This document shows, piece by piece, positions 53,924-64,000 of a stretch of 64,000 bases of DNA; the stretch's first letter is position 1, and each line of letters opens with the position of its first letter. The stretch is from assembly GCA_963793425.1 (NCBI GenBank), contig CAWCAG010000005.1, positions 1,312,001 through 1,376,000 on the forward strand, in the 5' to 3' direction. The position numbers and the translations under genes are program-made. The notes beneath the pieces are model-generated. The model was given only the letters and a program-made list of their open reading frames with translations. It was not told the origin of the DNA and searched no databases. The stretch is from an uncultured cyanobacterium (lineage in GTDB: Bacteria > Cyanobacteriota > Cyanobacteriia > Cyanobacteriales > CAWCAG01).

Positions 53924-55492
53924 TTAAAAGGAATAATGGAGGAGAAAATGAACTTTCACTTCTCCTGCTTGGCTAAAGGAACTGCCGTTTAAAACATAAC
54001 CGAGATCCACAGCACTAAATAAACGACGTTCATAATGCCAACGCCAGCCTAATCCGGTTGACCAAATAGTATCTCCTTTCACTTCACCTGGTTGAGAGTT
54101 TTCCCGACTGTACGCACCAAAATCGGTGAAAACCAGAAAACGGTGATTCTCCCAGAAATTAGGGCTATAAAGTTCGATTGTCCCCCGTAAACCATTATCT
54201 CCGCTAACTTCTCGCTCTTGCAAACCACGAATAGAGTACCTGCCCCCTAATCCCAACTGTTCCCCTGATATTAAAGGTTCCCCGGCATATTGACCTTCTC
54301 CTTGTAGCTTTAGTTGCCAGCCACTCTCCCAGCTATACTGATAAACGCCATTAACCAACCAAATATCCCAGTCTGAATCTGCCCCAACTCGACTCAGGTT
54401 ATAGGTTGAGTTGTCGTTTAAGTCGAATACCCCAGGAAGGTTATGTAAATAACTAACTCCCACCCTTAAATTCTCTTTTTCACCCTGAAAACTATATTTG
54501 TAGCCAACCTGGGCAGGAAAAGCGGCGACATCAACCCCAAAGTTAGTACCAATAAAATTAATCTCGTTGTTAAAGAAGCGATAATTTAAACCCAATTCCA
54601 AGCTATGTTGTTCTTGGCTACTGCGGTAAAGATTATGTAGCCAATTAATTCCTGTAGCAAAACCCTGTCCAGAAACATCAAAAAGATTAGCAATTCTCCC
54701 ACTATCTACATCAGAGTAGCTGGCTGTAAAACTGATGGTATCTCCCCAAGTAGGAATAGGTGCTTGGTAGAATAAACCTATTTGAGTAACTTGCTCAATT
54801 TTTTCTGGGGATAGGCTTAAACTCAAAGCCGCGAGATGACCTTGGTTAAATAAGTTATGATTCTGGCTAACTAAGCTGAGGCGGGTATTACCAGTTGCTG
54901 CCGTGCCGCTATTATCTAAAGTAGCTTGCCAATATTGGGGGTTGCGATCTGTAACCTGAATCTCTACTTTCGCTGCTTTCTGCTCTAACTCAGCAGGGAA
55001 GATATTTAAAGTTAGCTGCCGCGAGGGGTTATCATTAGCGAGGAAAAGCTGTTGGGCTAGAACCTCAAAATCAACAAGGCTATCCTCTCGTAACTCTGGC
55101 AAAGCGGCACGAATATTAGCTTTATTGAAGTGTTGGTTGCCTGTTACAGAAATTTCTGTGATGGGAATTTCTCTGGGGGCTACAGGCGTTTCTTGAATCT
55201 CAACTTGAAAAATACCATCACCATCAGCATCTTCAGGTAAGCTAATTTGTACAGAGTGATAACCTGCTTCTCTGTAGGCTTCTAGTAAAGCAGCTTGAAC
55301 GGCTTCTAAATCCTCTCCGCTGTTAAATACTTTAATTCGTTTCTGTAACTCTTCATTTGTCAGTAAAGCATTGCCTCTGAAGACGAAGCCTTGAATGTCT
55401 TGCTCAGGAAAAGTTTGAGCAACTAAGGGGGAACTTCCTATACAAATTAATAATAAACAACAAAAAAGCGATTCCATGAAAAAAAAGAGCAA
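53924..55492 (-). CDS. ShlB/FhaC/HecB (TpsB, Omp85) two-partner secretion transporter
   Basis: Two POTRA domains, DNSG...TG, IRG..E loop-6 motif, terminal YSF. Confidence 0.88.
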   Translation of the reverse strand: MLFFFMESLFCCLLLICIGSSPLVAQTFPEQDIQGFVFRGNALLTNEELQKRIKVFNSGEDLEAVQAALLEAYREAGYHSVQISLPEDADGDGIFQVEIQETPVAPREIPITEISVTGNQHFNKANIRAALPELREDSLVDFEVLAQQLFLANDNPSRQLTLNIFPAELEQKAAKVEIQVTDRNPQYWQATLDNSGTAATGNTRLSLVSQNHNLFNQGHLAALSLSLSPEKIEQVTQIGLFYQAPIPTWGDTISFTASYSDVDSGRIANLFDVSGQGFATGINWLHNLYRSSQEQHSLELGLNYRFFNNEINFIGTNFGVDVAAFPAQVGYKYSFQGEKENLRVGVSYLHNLPGVFDLNDNSTYNLSRVGADSDWDIWLVNGVYQYSWESGWQLKLQGEGQYAGEPLISGEQLGLGGRYSIRGLQEREVSGDNGLRGTIELYSPNFWENHRFLVFTDFGAYSRENSQPGEVKGDTIWSTGLGWRWHYERRLFSAVDLGYVLNGSSFSQAGEVKVHFLLHYSF

Positions 55493-55574
55493 AAGTAACC
55501 TTTAAAAAAAGATTTTAAGACACAACGCTCGAAGATTACATAAAATAAATAGGGTATGCTTGTTCACTCGACCT

Positions 55575-55621
55575 GCTAAGGATTTTAATCCTTAGCTCAC
55601 AGCTTAAGATAACTTAAGCTG
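55575..55621. repeat. Double-hairpin REP-like palindromic element
   Basis: GCTAAGG(G)ATT/AATCCTTAGC and CAGCTTAAG/CTTAAGCTG adjacent inverted repeats. Confidence 0.5.
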
Positions 55622-56055
55622 ACTCCCAATCATTCATATCTGTCAATTTTAAACTGGGTTTATTGTAACTGGATTTCGTGTGAAATTATAGTTGCCTAAT
55701 TTGCTGTTAATCAGCCATAACGCTCAAATTAAACAGGAAAAGCGGGCAAAATTGCTGGAATTTGTTTGATATCCTGCACAACTATGGCCTTAATTATCTG
55801 CCCTCTGGTGCGGTAAAATAATAAATCCTAATGAAAGTCCTTAGTTATCTTGATTTAACTAGTCTCTGAGCAAAATTCATTATTGGAGTGCAGCAGTCTT
55901 AGTAAAAAACCCTTTGCTCCTTGGTTTTGACTCATTAGGACAAACTTTTAAACCTTGGCTTACAAATAGAAAATACTAGATAAGTAACATATCTTAATCT
56001 TCCTAACCCGGCTGACGATCCTTTAAAATATTTTCCCTATATTGGTACTTTTAAA

Positions 56056-56397
56056 ATGAAACTTCGGATTATTGAATGCTTTGATAGCAGTTTTACCATT
56101 GAACCACAATCACAAAAAGAACTTTTCCAACTTTTAAAAAACAAAGATTTCTTACAACAGATTAGCCAAGAAATTGATGGGCAGGCTGTGGAATTCACAG
56201 AATTACTTTTCCAGCCAGTTCCCTACAGTAAACAAACCCCCAAAGGAATGCCCCCAGAATTTGAAAAGTACCATGATTCTCCTGACTACGCCATCATCAA
56301 TGTCCCCCCTAACTTCATGTTTAAAGCGAAAGTTTATAAGCCTAGTCGTCTCTGCGCTGTTTATCGCCAAACTAACTTAAATAAAAGCTTTAATTAA
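56056..56397 (+). CDS. Conserved-type cyanobacterial hypothetical protein
   Basis: ELLFQPVPYS...NVPPNFMFKAKVYKPSRLCAVYR; clean ORF. Confidence 0.6.
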   Translation: MKLRIIECFDSSFTIEPQSQKELFQLLKNKDFLQQISQEIDGQAVEFTELLFQPVPYSKQTPKGMPPEFEKYHDSPDYAIINVPPNFMFKAKVYKPSRLCAVYRQTNLNKSFN

Positions 56398-56435
56398 AAT
56401 CAAGTTCTGCATTCTCTGTTCTTTAGCTCAATACC

Positions 56436-56975
56436 ATGCCTTCTCAAACAGATATACCTTCCCTGGACACCTTAAAATATTATCCTTATCTTAATGATAA
56501 GGGTTATATCCCTGAAGAGTTCCAGGGGAAAATCGGCGTATATGCAATATTTGATAGTGAGAAAATTCTTCAATTTGTCGGCTATTCTCGTGATATTTAT
56601 TTAAGCTTAAAACAACATTTAGTTCGCTGTCCTCAACAATGTCATTGGTTAAAAGTAGAAACAATTAATCGTCCTAGCCGCACTATTTTAGAAGAGATAA
56701 AACAAGCTTGGCTACAAAGTAATCAGGCTATTCCTGTTGGTAATAGTTCAGAAGAGGATAAGTGGCAGAAACCCCTTGATATTAAACCTCTGATGAGTGA
56801 AGAAGAAAAACAACAGTACGGCAAACTAGAAGAATTTGCTCAAACCAAGTTGCTCAAAAAAATCGCCCGGCGTTTTGAGGCAGATATTCTCCAAGAAATT
56901 GCAGCTAGGGGAGTAAAGATGGAATTACGTTTTAACCCTAAACTTAAAGAACAAGGTTTGTTGGATTTAAAATAA
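56436..56975 (+). CDS. GIY-YIG nuclease-family protein
   Basis: GVYAIFD...QFVGYSRDI...LKQH. Confidence 0.8.
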   Translation: MPSQTDIPSLDTLKYYPYLNDKGYIPEEFQGKIGVYAIFDSEKILQFVGYSRDIYLSLKQHLVRCPQQCHWLKVETINRPSRTILEEIKQAWLQSNQAIPVGNSSEEDKWQKPLDIKPLMSEEEKQQYGKLEEFAQTKLLKKIARRFEADILQEIAARGVKMELRFNPKLKEQGLLDLK

Positions 56976-57091
56976 GCGATAAGCTGTCAGGTATTTAGAT
57001 TGTATTGCGAGGGTAGGGGACACCGGAGCAGTAAAGACATCGGCTGTAGTATTCTAGCTCTTGAGGTAATTACAATGGAGCAGATTAACTA

Positions 57092-57919
57092 ATGCCAGAA
57101 GTACAGCAAGGTCATACTTTCGAGGAAGATGAGATTTCCCTCATAGATATTCTTCGCTTTTTCAAAGACAACTGGCTTTTCTTAGCAGTAACTACATTAG
57201 GGCTGTCTACTCTAGCTACAACCATATCTCTATTGCAACCCAAAGAATATCAGAAAAAGTTAACTCTACAAATCCAACCCAATCCTGTCGCTATTGCCTC
57301 ACTTACCCAACTAGATATTAATCAAGCAGGTCAACTCGCTACCACCCTGTTACAAAACCAGAAGCTAGATCAGGTAAGTTTAAAGCCACAGTATGATACT
57401 GTAACCCAACAGATTAACGTTACCTTAGAATCAGCCAACTCCCAAGCTCTCGACAATATTAGTGAAAAGCTCACTAGTGAATTAGAAACTAGCTTTCAAC
57501 CAGAAATTCAAAACGACATTGAACAAAGCTTAGATTCTGTAGAACTACAACTAAATAAAAATCAGCAGATACTAGAACAAATAGAAAGACAAATTACTCA
57601 ATCTTCGCCAGAGGATACAGCAAAACTAGAAGCATTGGAAACACAAAGGGCTAGTATAATCGTCTCCAATACTGCTCTGGAGTTTGATCAGCAATACCTA
57701 AAAGAAATAGAAGATAATCTAACTGAGTTCACTAAAAAAGTCCTTTCTATACAGATAATATCTCAGTCTGAAGCTGAGCAAACTAGTTCTCTTTTGCAAG
57801 TTGCTATTCTAGCAGTAATTGCTAGCTTTATGGTAGCTATACTTGCTGCTATTATTCGTAACCAAATCCCTTACATCAGAGCAGAATTAGCTCAACAAGA
57901 AATAAAGACTAAAAATTGA
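57092..57919 (+). CDS. Wzz-like chain-length determinant / polysaccharide co-polymerase
   Basis: EDEISLIDI, N- and C-terminal TM helices with a coiled coil between. Confidence 0.78.
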   Translation: MPEVQQGHTFEEDEISLIDILRFFKDNWLFLAVTTLGLSTLATTISLLQPKEYQKKLTLQIQPNPVAIASLTQLDINQAGQLATTLLQNQKLDQVSLKPQYDTVTQQINVTLESANSQALDNISEKLTSELETSFQPEIQNDIEQSLDSVELQLNKNQQILEQIERQITQSSPEDTAKLEALETQRASIIVSNTALEFDQQYLKEIEDNLTEFTKKVLSIQIISQSEAEQTSSLLQVAILAVIASFMVAILAAIIRNQIPYIRAELAQQEIKTKN

Positions 57920-58185
57920 ACAACAGCACCGCTAATCTTGAGTTCGATTACTAGTTTGCTCATCGCTTTAATTCGCCAACAACTTACCCATTGGCAGAAA
58001 AATAACCTACTTCAGGAACATAAAAGTAGCATCAGTACTCTGTAGCCTTAGCTGAGTTAGTAAAAAAAATCTATCTTTCGGACTATAAAGATTGTAAAAT
58101 GATGGGCCACGGGTAACATATCCCTGACCCAGTACTTAAATATTGCGACTGTGCTATTGTTGCTTGTGGTGTGTGAGGACTAGAT

Positions 58186-60108
58186 ATGCATAAGAAGGGC
58201 ATTCCCTTTCCTTCCTGGTATCGACTGGGGCAACTCGCTTTGGATGGATTTGTAGCTTGGAGTGCTGCCAGTATTGCTTTTCTGATTCGCTTTGAAGGCA
58301 ATATCCCCCCCAATGTTGAAAACCTCTTTTGGCTATTACCGCTCTTAGCCATTCCGGGGCGATTGATTATTCAAATTACCTTTGGTTTGTATAAACAGGT
58401 TTGGCGACTATTTGGTTTCAAGGATGCGACGACTCTATGTCAAGCAATTTCCTTTTACTCTTTACTTATCCTTGTTCTCAACCGCTTAGTTGCTCCTCGC
58501 TTAGTTTTCTTGCCGAACCCTTTGGCCGAATCAATGCCTTTAGGAGTAGCAGTAATGGACTGGTGTTTCTGCCTGATGGGTATGATGGCTCTACGTTACA
58601 CTCGCCGTCGTCTTTGCCAATCAAGTCAGGGAGTCAAGAATTTATCAAAGCAGAAAAAGCAAAGAATTGTTCTCGTAGGAGCAGGAAGAAGTGGCTCTCA
58701 AATTGTTCAGGAAGTACGTCATAATTGCCAGCTTAACTGGGAAATTGTCGGTTTTATTGATGATGATCAGACTAAGATTGGTAGAAAGGTAGAAGGAATC
58801 CCTGTCTTAGGTAATACTTCTCAATTAGTAGCTATTGCTAACAAAGTTAGAGCTAAAGAAATTATTATTTCTATGCCTTCTGCCAAAGCAGAGAAGATTC
58901 GCCAAATTTTTGAGCTTGTTCGAGAAACTGAGCTAGATTTAAAAGTCCTTCCCAGTCCAACAGAAATAATCAGCGATCGCTACTTAACTCCTCAAGCGAG
59001 AGAAATTCAGATTCAAGATATTCTCGGTAGACCAGAGGTTCATTTAGATTTTTCTGAGGACTTTGATTGTCAATTTCTCTCAGCTAGCCAGCAAGTCTAT
59101 CAACGTAATGTCTTAGTAACAGGGGCAGGGGGAACAATTGGTTCAGAAATATGTCGGCAGTTAGCTCGTTTACAACCCAAAACCTTACTTCTTTTGGGTA
59201 GAGGGGAAAATAGTATTTTCAGCATTGAGCAAGAATTACGTCGAGACTTTCCCGATATATCGATTATTGCTCTCATCGCTGATATTCGTCACCAAAGTCG
59301 CATTGGGAAAATATTCCAAACTTGGCAACCCGACATTGTTTTTCATGCAGCAGCCCATAAACACGTTCCCCTTATGGAACACAACCCTACCGAGGCCCTC
59401 GAAAACAATGCTCTAGCTTCTGCTAATTTGGCCCAACTAGCTAATCAGCAAGGGGTCAAAACTTTTGTCCTCATCTCCACAGATAAGGCAGTAGACCCTG
59501 CTAACTTTATGGGTTTAAGCAAACGTTTAGCAGAACTCATGGTTAAAGCAACTGCCCATCAGAGCAATACTCGCTTTTTGGCTGTTCGTTTTGGTAATGT
59601 TTTAGGTAGTCGTGGTAGCGTTGTACCTATTTTCAGGGGGCAAATTGCTAGAGGTGGCCCTGTAACAGTCACAGACCGCTCCATGACCCGTTATTTTATG
59701 ACTACTCCTGAAGCTTCTCAACTAGTGATTCAAAGTCTTGCTGTAGGGAAATCTGGTCAAACCTTGATTTTGGATATGGGTAAACCAGTCAATATCTTTG
59801 ATTTAGCTGAACAAATGATTTACTTAGCAGGTTTTACCCCAGAAACTGACATTCCGATTAAAGTTACTGGTTTACGTCCAGGAGAAAAACTTCATGAGTC
59901 TTTGGTGGGGGCTAAGGAAAAGGTTGTATCTACACCCCATCCCAAAATCATGGCTGTTTCTGGTTGTTTACCATCTAGGGAAGCTTTACCTAGTGCGATC
60001 GCTTCTCTTACTGAAGCTACTTTTTGTGATTCACCTCCTAAGCAATTGTGGCAAGTATCTCAGCAATGTATTGAAAGGTTAGCATCATCTTTAGTAGTCA
60101 AGGTTTAA
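58186..60108 (+). CDS. Nucleoside-diphosphate sugar 4,6-dehydratase (CapD/PglF family)
   Basis: Four TM helices, GAGRSG, TGAGGTIG, HAAAHKHVP, STDKA, RFGNVLGSRGSV. Confidence 0.93.
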   Translation: MHKKGIPFPSWYRLGQLALDGFVAWSAASIAFLIRFEGNIPPNVENLFWLLPLLAIPGRLIIQITFGLYKQVWRLFGFKDATTLCQAISFYSLLILVLNRLVAPRLVFLPNPLAESMPLGVAVMDWCFCLMGMMALRYTRRRLCQSSQGVKNLSKQKKQRIVLVGAGRSGSQIVQEVRHNCQLNWEIVGFIDDDQTKIGRKVEGIPVLGNTSQLVAIANKVRAKEIIISMPSAKAEKIRQIFELVRETELDLKVLPSPTEIISDRYLTPQAREIQIQDILGRPEVHLDFSEDFDCQFLSASQQVYQRNVLVTGAGGTIGSEICRQLARLQPKTLLLLGRGENSIFSIEQELRRDFPDISIIALIADIRHQSRIGKIFQTWQPDIVFHAAAHKHVPLMEHNPTEALENNALASANLAQLANQQGVKTFVLISTDKAVDPANFMGLSKRLAELMVKATAHQSNTRFLAVRFGNVLGSRGSVVPIFRGQIARGGPVTVTDRSMTRYFMTTPEASQLVIQSLAVGKSGQTLILDMGKPVNIFDLAEQMIYLAGFTPETDIPIKVTGLRPGEKLHESLVGAKEKVVSTPHPKIMAVSGCLPSREALPSAIASLTEATFCDSPPKQLWQVSQQCIERLASSLVVKV

Positions 60109-60119
60109 TTAAAAATATT

Positions 60120-60701
60120 ATGATAGCTAGCCAATCTCAAAATCCCCTTTCCCCAGAAGATTACTTAGAATCAGAAAAATCAAGCCCAATTAAACATGAA
60201 TATATTCAGGGGCAAATCTACGCTATAAGTGGGGCAAGTGATGCTCATGTTACTATCACTGCGAATTTAGTTACCCTTTTAAGAAACCATCTCCGTGGCA
60301 GTGGCTACAAAGTTTACCCCACAGATATGAAAGTCAACATCGAATCCCTCAATGTCTTTTACTACCCTGATTTGATGGTAACTTGTGAGCCAAAAGATAC
60401 AAGCTTTGACTATTTCAAACGCCATCCCTCCCTAATTATTGAGATACTTTCTCCCTCTACAGAAGCCTTTGACCGAGGAGATAAATTTGCCAACTATCGG
60501 GAATTAGAGTCTTTACAAGAGTATGTTCTTGTTAACCAAACTCGCCCTTCGGTAGAATGTTTTCGTCTCAATTCTAAAGGACTTTGGGTACTGCATACTT
60601 ACAGGGAAAACCAAAAATTGCGGCTAGATAGTATAGACTTTTCTTGTTCTATGGCCGCTTTGTATGAAGATGTTATTTTCTCAGAAACTCACTCCTCGTA
60701 G
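60120..60701 (+). CDS. Uma2-family endonuclease
   Basis: KHEYIQG, YYPDLMV, IIEILSPSTEAFDRGDKF. Confidence 0.92.
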   Translation: MIASQSQNPLSPEDYLESEKSSPIKHEYIQGQIYAISGASDAHVTITANLVTLLRNHLRGSGYKVYPTDMKVNIESLNVFYYPDLMVTCEPKDTSFDYFKRHPSLIIEILSPSTEAFDRGDKFANYRELESLQEYVLVNQTRPSVECFRLNSKGLWVLHTYRENQKLRLDSIDFSCSMAALYEDVIFSETHSS

Positions 60702-60975
60702 TATCCAGTTGACTGGTATTTGACGATTCAATTCAAGTAGACGAAGCTAAATCTGAGGCGGATAGTTCCAATTATTGAGCGTAGATAGTTCTAGGTTAAA
60801 CTTTTCTATCACTTATAGTCATTTTAAATAAGGATGAAACACTTTTTCGTTCAAACGCTCTTTCAAAGAGAGAAAATCTTGTCTCAATCTAAATTGAAAT
60901 GACTATATCTTACAGAAACTGGAAAAAACATTACACAATTATGGTGTCTAAAACTAATTTCCTCCCTGACAAAAT

Positions 60976-62370
60976 ATGATGCGACTAATTTCAAATAGGA
61001 TAAATCCTTGGAGTTTGATAGCATTTGGAACTCTTTTACTTCCTGTAAGCCCATATATTTGTTTAACTCTTTATACAATTGCGGCATTAGGTGCGATTCC
61101 CTATTGGCAGAAAGCTCTTTTCAGTGAAGAAAAAATCATCATTAGCTTGCTTTTTGGTTTAGTGTCTGTCTGGATGCTCTTAAGAATTTACTCCCCTTGG
61201 GGATGGGGATTACAATCTATCCAAGAGCCAATGCTTTATCCAGCTACTGTAATAGATTATGTTCCTTTTTTTTTATTTTTCTGTGTAATAACTTTACGTC
61301 CCCCTTCATATTTAGAACTAGAAAAACTAGCTTGGTGTTTATTGTTTACAGTATTACCTGAGTTTGTATTAGCAGCCCTTGGAAAATATGCAAAACTACA
61401 AGGAGAGAACTTTCTACGTGACAACACGAATATAATAGGTAATTATTTTACATTTCCTGGACAAAATTTACCATTAATTCATATCCCTATTACAGATTTA
61501 AAACAACTCGATTATGCTCGTATTTCTTCTGGCTTCCTTAATCCCAATATATTAGGATGTTACTGCCTTTTTGTCCTCAGTGTTGCTATTGGTTTATTTA
61601 TTAAAGAATTGAGATATTTATTGAGAGATAATTCAAAATCAGTTCAAACTAGACAACGAATTGAAATTGCTTTGAGATTAACTGTAGTTGCTCTCAGTAT
61701 ATTAGCAATTATGCTCATGATTATTTGGTCACAATCGAGAAACACTTTGCTGACCTGTGGAATTGGTATTGTAATTGTGTTTATATATCTACGACCAGCT
61801 ATCAAAGCTACCCTATTCGTTACATCTGGGTTATCTGCTTTGATTTACATAGCGTACTTATTTATTTACAGCACTCCCAATTTTTGGTTGAGTCAAGTTG
61901 TAACCACATTTTTTACAATTAATATCTGGAATCGTCTGTCTAATATTTTAAACCAGAGTGTTCGAGTACAAATTTTCCAATGTGCAATAGACCTAATTGG
62001 TGAAAAACCCATACTGGGATGGAAAATTGGCACTTTTGCTGTTGAATGCGAAGAACGTATGGGTCGGTTCGTGAATCATGCTCACAATATATTCCTACAA
62101 CTAGCTTGCGATATTGGCATACCATTCACATTAATATTATGTGGAGTAATGACTTATTTAACTGTTATAACCATACACAAATTGAGGACACATACTAACC
62201 TTGCACAAAGAGATATCCTATTCGGTTTTGCCTTGGCATATTGGCTGGCGGTTATTTTATCTATTGCGTCAATTGCGATGATTCAATCTTATAGACTCAT
62301 ATTCTTATTTTGGATTTGTCTGTCAATATCTTATTCTGGAATTAGTTCAGATAAGAATATAAAAGTATGA
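60976..62370 (+). CDS. O-antigen ligase / Wzy polymerase family membrane protein
   Basis: RISSGFLNPN, SQSR, KPILGW, HAHNIFLQ; many TM helices; AT-rich. Confidence 0.85.
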   Translation: MMRLISNRINPWSLIAFGTLLLPVSPYICLTLYTIAALGAIPYWQKALFSEEKIIISLLFGLVSVWMLLRIYSPWGWGLQSIQEPMLYPATVIDYVPFFLFFCVITLRPPSYLELEKLAWCLLFTVLPEFVLAALGKYAKLQGENFLRDNTNIIGNYFTFPGQNLPLIHIPITDLKQLDYARISSGFLNPNILGCYCLFVLSVAIGLFIKELRYLLRDNSKSVQTRQRIEIALRLTVVALSILAIMLMIIWSQSRNTLLTCGIGIVIVFIYLRPAIKATLFVTSGLSALIYIAYLFIYSTPNFWLSQVVTTFFTINIWNRLSNILNQSVRVQIFQCAIDLIGEKPILGWKIGTFAVECEERMGRFVNHAHNIFLQLACDIGIPFTLILCGVMTYLTVITIHKLRTHTNLAQRDILFGFALAYWLAVILSIASIAMIQSYRLIFLFWICLSISYSGISSDKNIKV

Positions 62371-62420
62371 GTTTTGGATAATACTTGAAAGCTAGAATTA
62401 ACTATTAAATTTGCAGTTGA

Positions 62421-63806
62421 TTGATCTTAATGAGTGAAATTGCTATTTCTCTAAAAAATGTTTCTAAATGCTTCAAACGTTATGGCCGCCCAATAGATCG
62501 CCTTAAGGAACTACTCTTGCCAGGAAAAAGTAGAGCAGAGTTTTTTTGGGCATTGCAAGATATTAACCTCACACTCCCAAGAGGAGAAACATTAGGAATT
62601 GTTGGTAAGAATGGTTCGGGAAAAAGTACCCTATTGCAAATAATAGCTGGAACTCTCACACCAACTACCGGAAAAGTAGAAGTTAATGGCAGGGTTTCAG
62701 CTTTATTAGAACTTGGTAGTGGCTTTAATCCAGAATTTACCGGACGGCAAAATGTTTTCTTCAACGGACGTTTATTGGGTTTAAGTCAGGGTGAGATTGA
62801 AAATAAGTTTGATAATATTGCTCGTTTTGCTGATATAGGAGATTTTATTGAGCAACCAGTTAAAACCTATTCTAGTGGTATGTTTGTCAGGCTAGCATTT
62901 GCTGTAGCTATCAATGTTGAGCCAGATATTTTGGTAGTAGATGAAGCCTTAGCGGTTGGAGATGAAGCTTTTCAACGTAAATGCTTTGCCCAAATTCAAT
63001 TAATTAAAGAACGGGGAGGAACGATTCTTTTTGTCTCCCATTCTGCGGCTTTAGTTGTGGAACTATGTAAACAAGCTATCTTGCTAGATAGAGGAAAGTT
63101 ACTTCTTGCCGGAGCGCCGAAACAAGTAGTCTCAAAGTATCAAAAACTAATCTATGCACCTAACAATCGCATAGAAGCAATATATCAAGAAATTAGCGAC
63201 CTTGACGATCAGATTGCTAACACCCTAGACCCTAGTTCGTCAGATTTGATAGAGCAAGAGACTAGAAAGAAACAGCAGCAAATCCCTAGTCGAAGTAATG
63301 ATCTCTACGATCCAGGTTTAATACCCCAGAGTACTTCTTCCTACGTTAATCATGGTGCTGAGATAGAAAATCCTCATCTAGTTAATCAAGCAGAGGAAAC
63401 TGTTAACGTTTTAACTAGGGGTGATGAATATATTTATACTTATACAGTTCAATTTAGCCAAACTGCTTACCAAGTTAGGTTTGGCATGATGATTAAAACA
63501 GTTAGCGGTTTGGAACTTGGTGGTGGAGTTTCCCATACTCTAGGAAATGCCTTGACTGTGGTAGAAAAAGATAGTATTTTGCAAGTTCGGTTTAAATTCA
63601 ACTGCTACTTACAACCAAATATGTACTTTCTCAATGCTGGAGTAACAGGAATTATCGATGGTGCAGAAACTTTCCTCGCCCGCTATCTTGATATAGCTAT
63701 GTTTAGGGTGCAATTAGAAGAGGATATCTTGGAAACTGGGATAATTAATTTTCAGGTAGAACCAAGTGTGTTACAGGTGCAGCCCCAAATTATTGGTAAG
63801 AATTAG
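62421..63806 (+). CDS. wzt: Polysaccharide-export ABC ATPase (Wzt) with C-terminal carbohydrate-binding domain
   Basis: GKNGSGKST, YSSGMFVRLAF, VDEALAVGD, Wzt_C-like extension; probable start ATG 62430. Confidence 0.9.
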   Translation: MILMSEIAISLKNVSKCFKRYGRPIDRLKELLLPGKSRAEFFWALQDINLTLPRGETLGIVGKNGSGKSTLLQIIAGTLTPTTGKVEVNGRVSALLELGSGFNPEFTGRQNVFFNGRLLGLSQGEIENKFDNIARFADIGDFIEQPVKTYSSGMFVRLAFAVAINVEPDILVVDEALAVGDEAFQRKCFAQIQLIKERGGTILFVSHSAALVVELCKQAILLDRGKLLLAGAPKQVVSKYQKLIYAPNNRIEAIYQEISDLDDQIANTLDPSSSDLIEQETRKKQQQIPSRSNDLYDPGLIPQSTSSYVNHGAEIENPHLVNQAEETVNVLTRGDEYIYTYTVQFSQTAYQVRFGMMIKTVSGLELGGGVSHTLGNALTVVEKDSILQVRFKFNCYLQPNMYFLNAGVTGIIDGAETFLARYLDIAMFRVQLEEDILETGIINFQVEPSVLQVQPQIIGKN

Positions 63807-63822
63807 GATTTTTGAAGTTTAG

Positions 63823-64000
63823 ATGAGACAACAGTCAAATAGCCACCCTCAGACTTTGATTATCACTGGAATGCATCGTTCCGGCACATCTTTGACCGCT
63901 TCTTTACTAGAAAGTGCAGGAGTAGATGTTGGCAGAAGACTTTTACAATCTCATGAGTCAAATAAAAAGGGTCACTTTGAAAACCTAGATTTCTTGGATT
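63823..64000 (+). CDS. Sulfotransferase-family protein (partial, runs off the window)
   Basis: MRQQSNSHPQTLIITGMHRSGTSLTA...NKKGHFEN; GMHRSGTS is a PAPS-binding motif. Confidence 0.8.
   Translation, partial: MRQQSNSHPQTLIITGMHRSGTSLTASLLESAGVDVGRRLLQSHESNKKGHFENLDFLD

Noticed and set aside
56436..56975. GIY-YIG homing endonuclease in a second intron
   Set aside because: No flanking intron structure or split gene seen; looks like a stand-alone conserved protein

Overview
Cyanobacterial chromosomal window, judged from abundant HIP1 GCGATCGC sites, heptamer tandem repeats, por/chlI/chlL/chlN and four Uma2 genes. Most of it is housekeeping, photosynthesis, envelope and signalling genes. The standout is a tRNA-Arg(CCU) gene (655-1579) split right after the anticodon by an 851-nt IC3-type group I intron. 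The intron carries, between P7 and P3', a two-motif LAGLIDADG ORF in which both expected catalytic aspartates appear replaced, so it may be a nuclease-dead maturase. Elements missed by the ORF track include a pirA-like micro-gene (37192-37353) and a ~290-nt structured RNA with a 23-codon sORF (about 39857-40147). Two 'scrapyard' regions consist of fused gene fragments: 21146-23118 (deleted Ser/Thr kinase, ileS tail, tnpB, ispF copy) and 31234-34960 (ISL3 remnant, PEP-CTERM, WD40-like and O-antigen-ligase fragments). There is also a frameshifted typA, small dispersed repeats (one inserted into a HIP1 site) and the start of a surface-polysaccharide cluster. All assignments come from motif recognition by eye; no searches were run.
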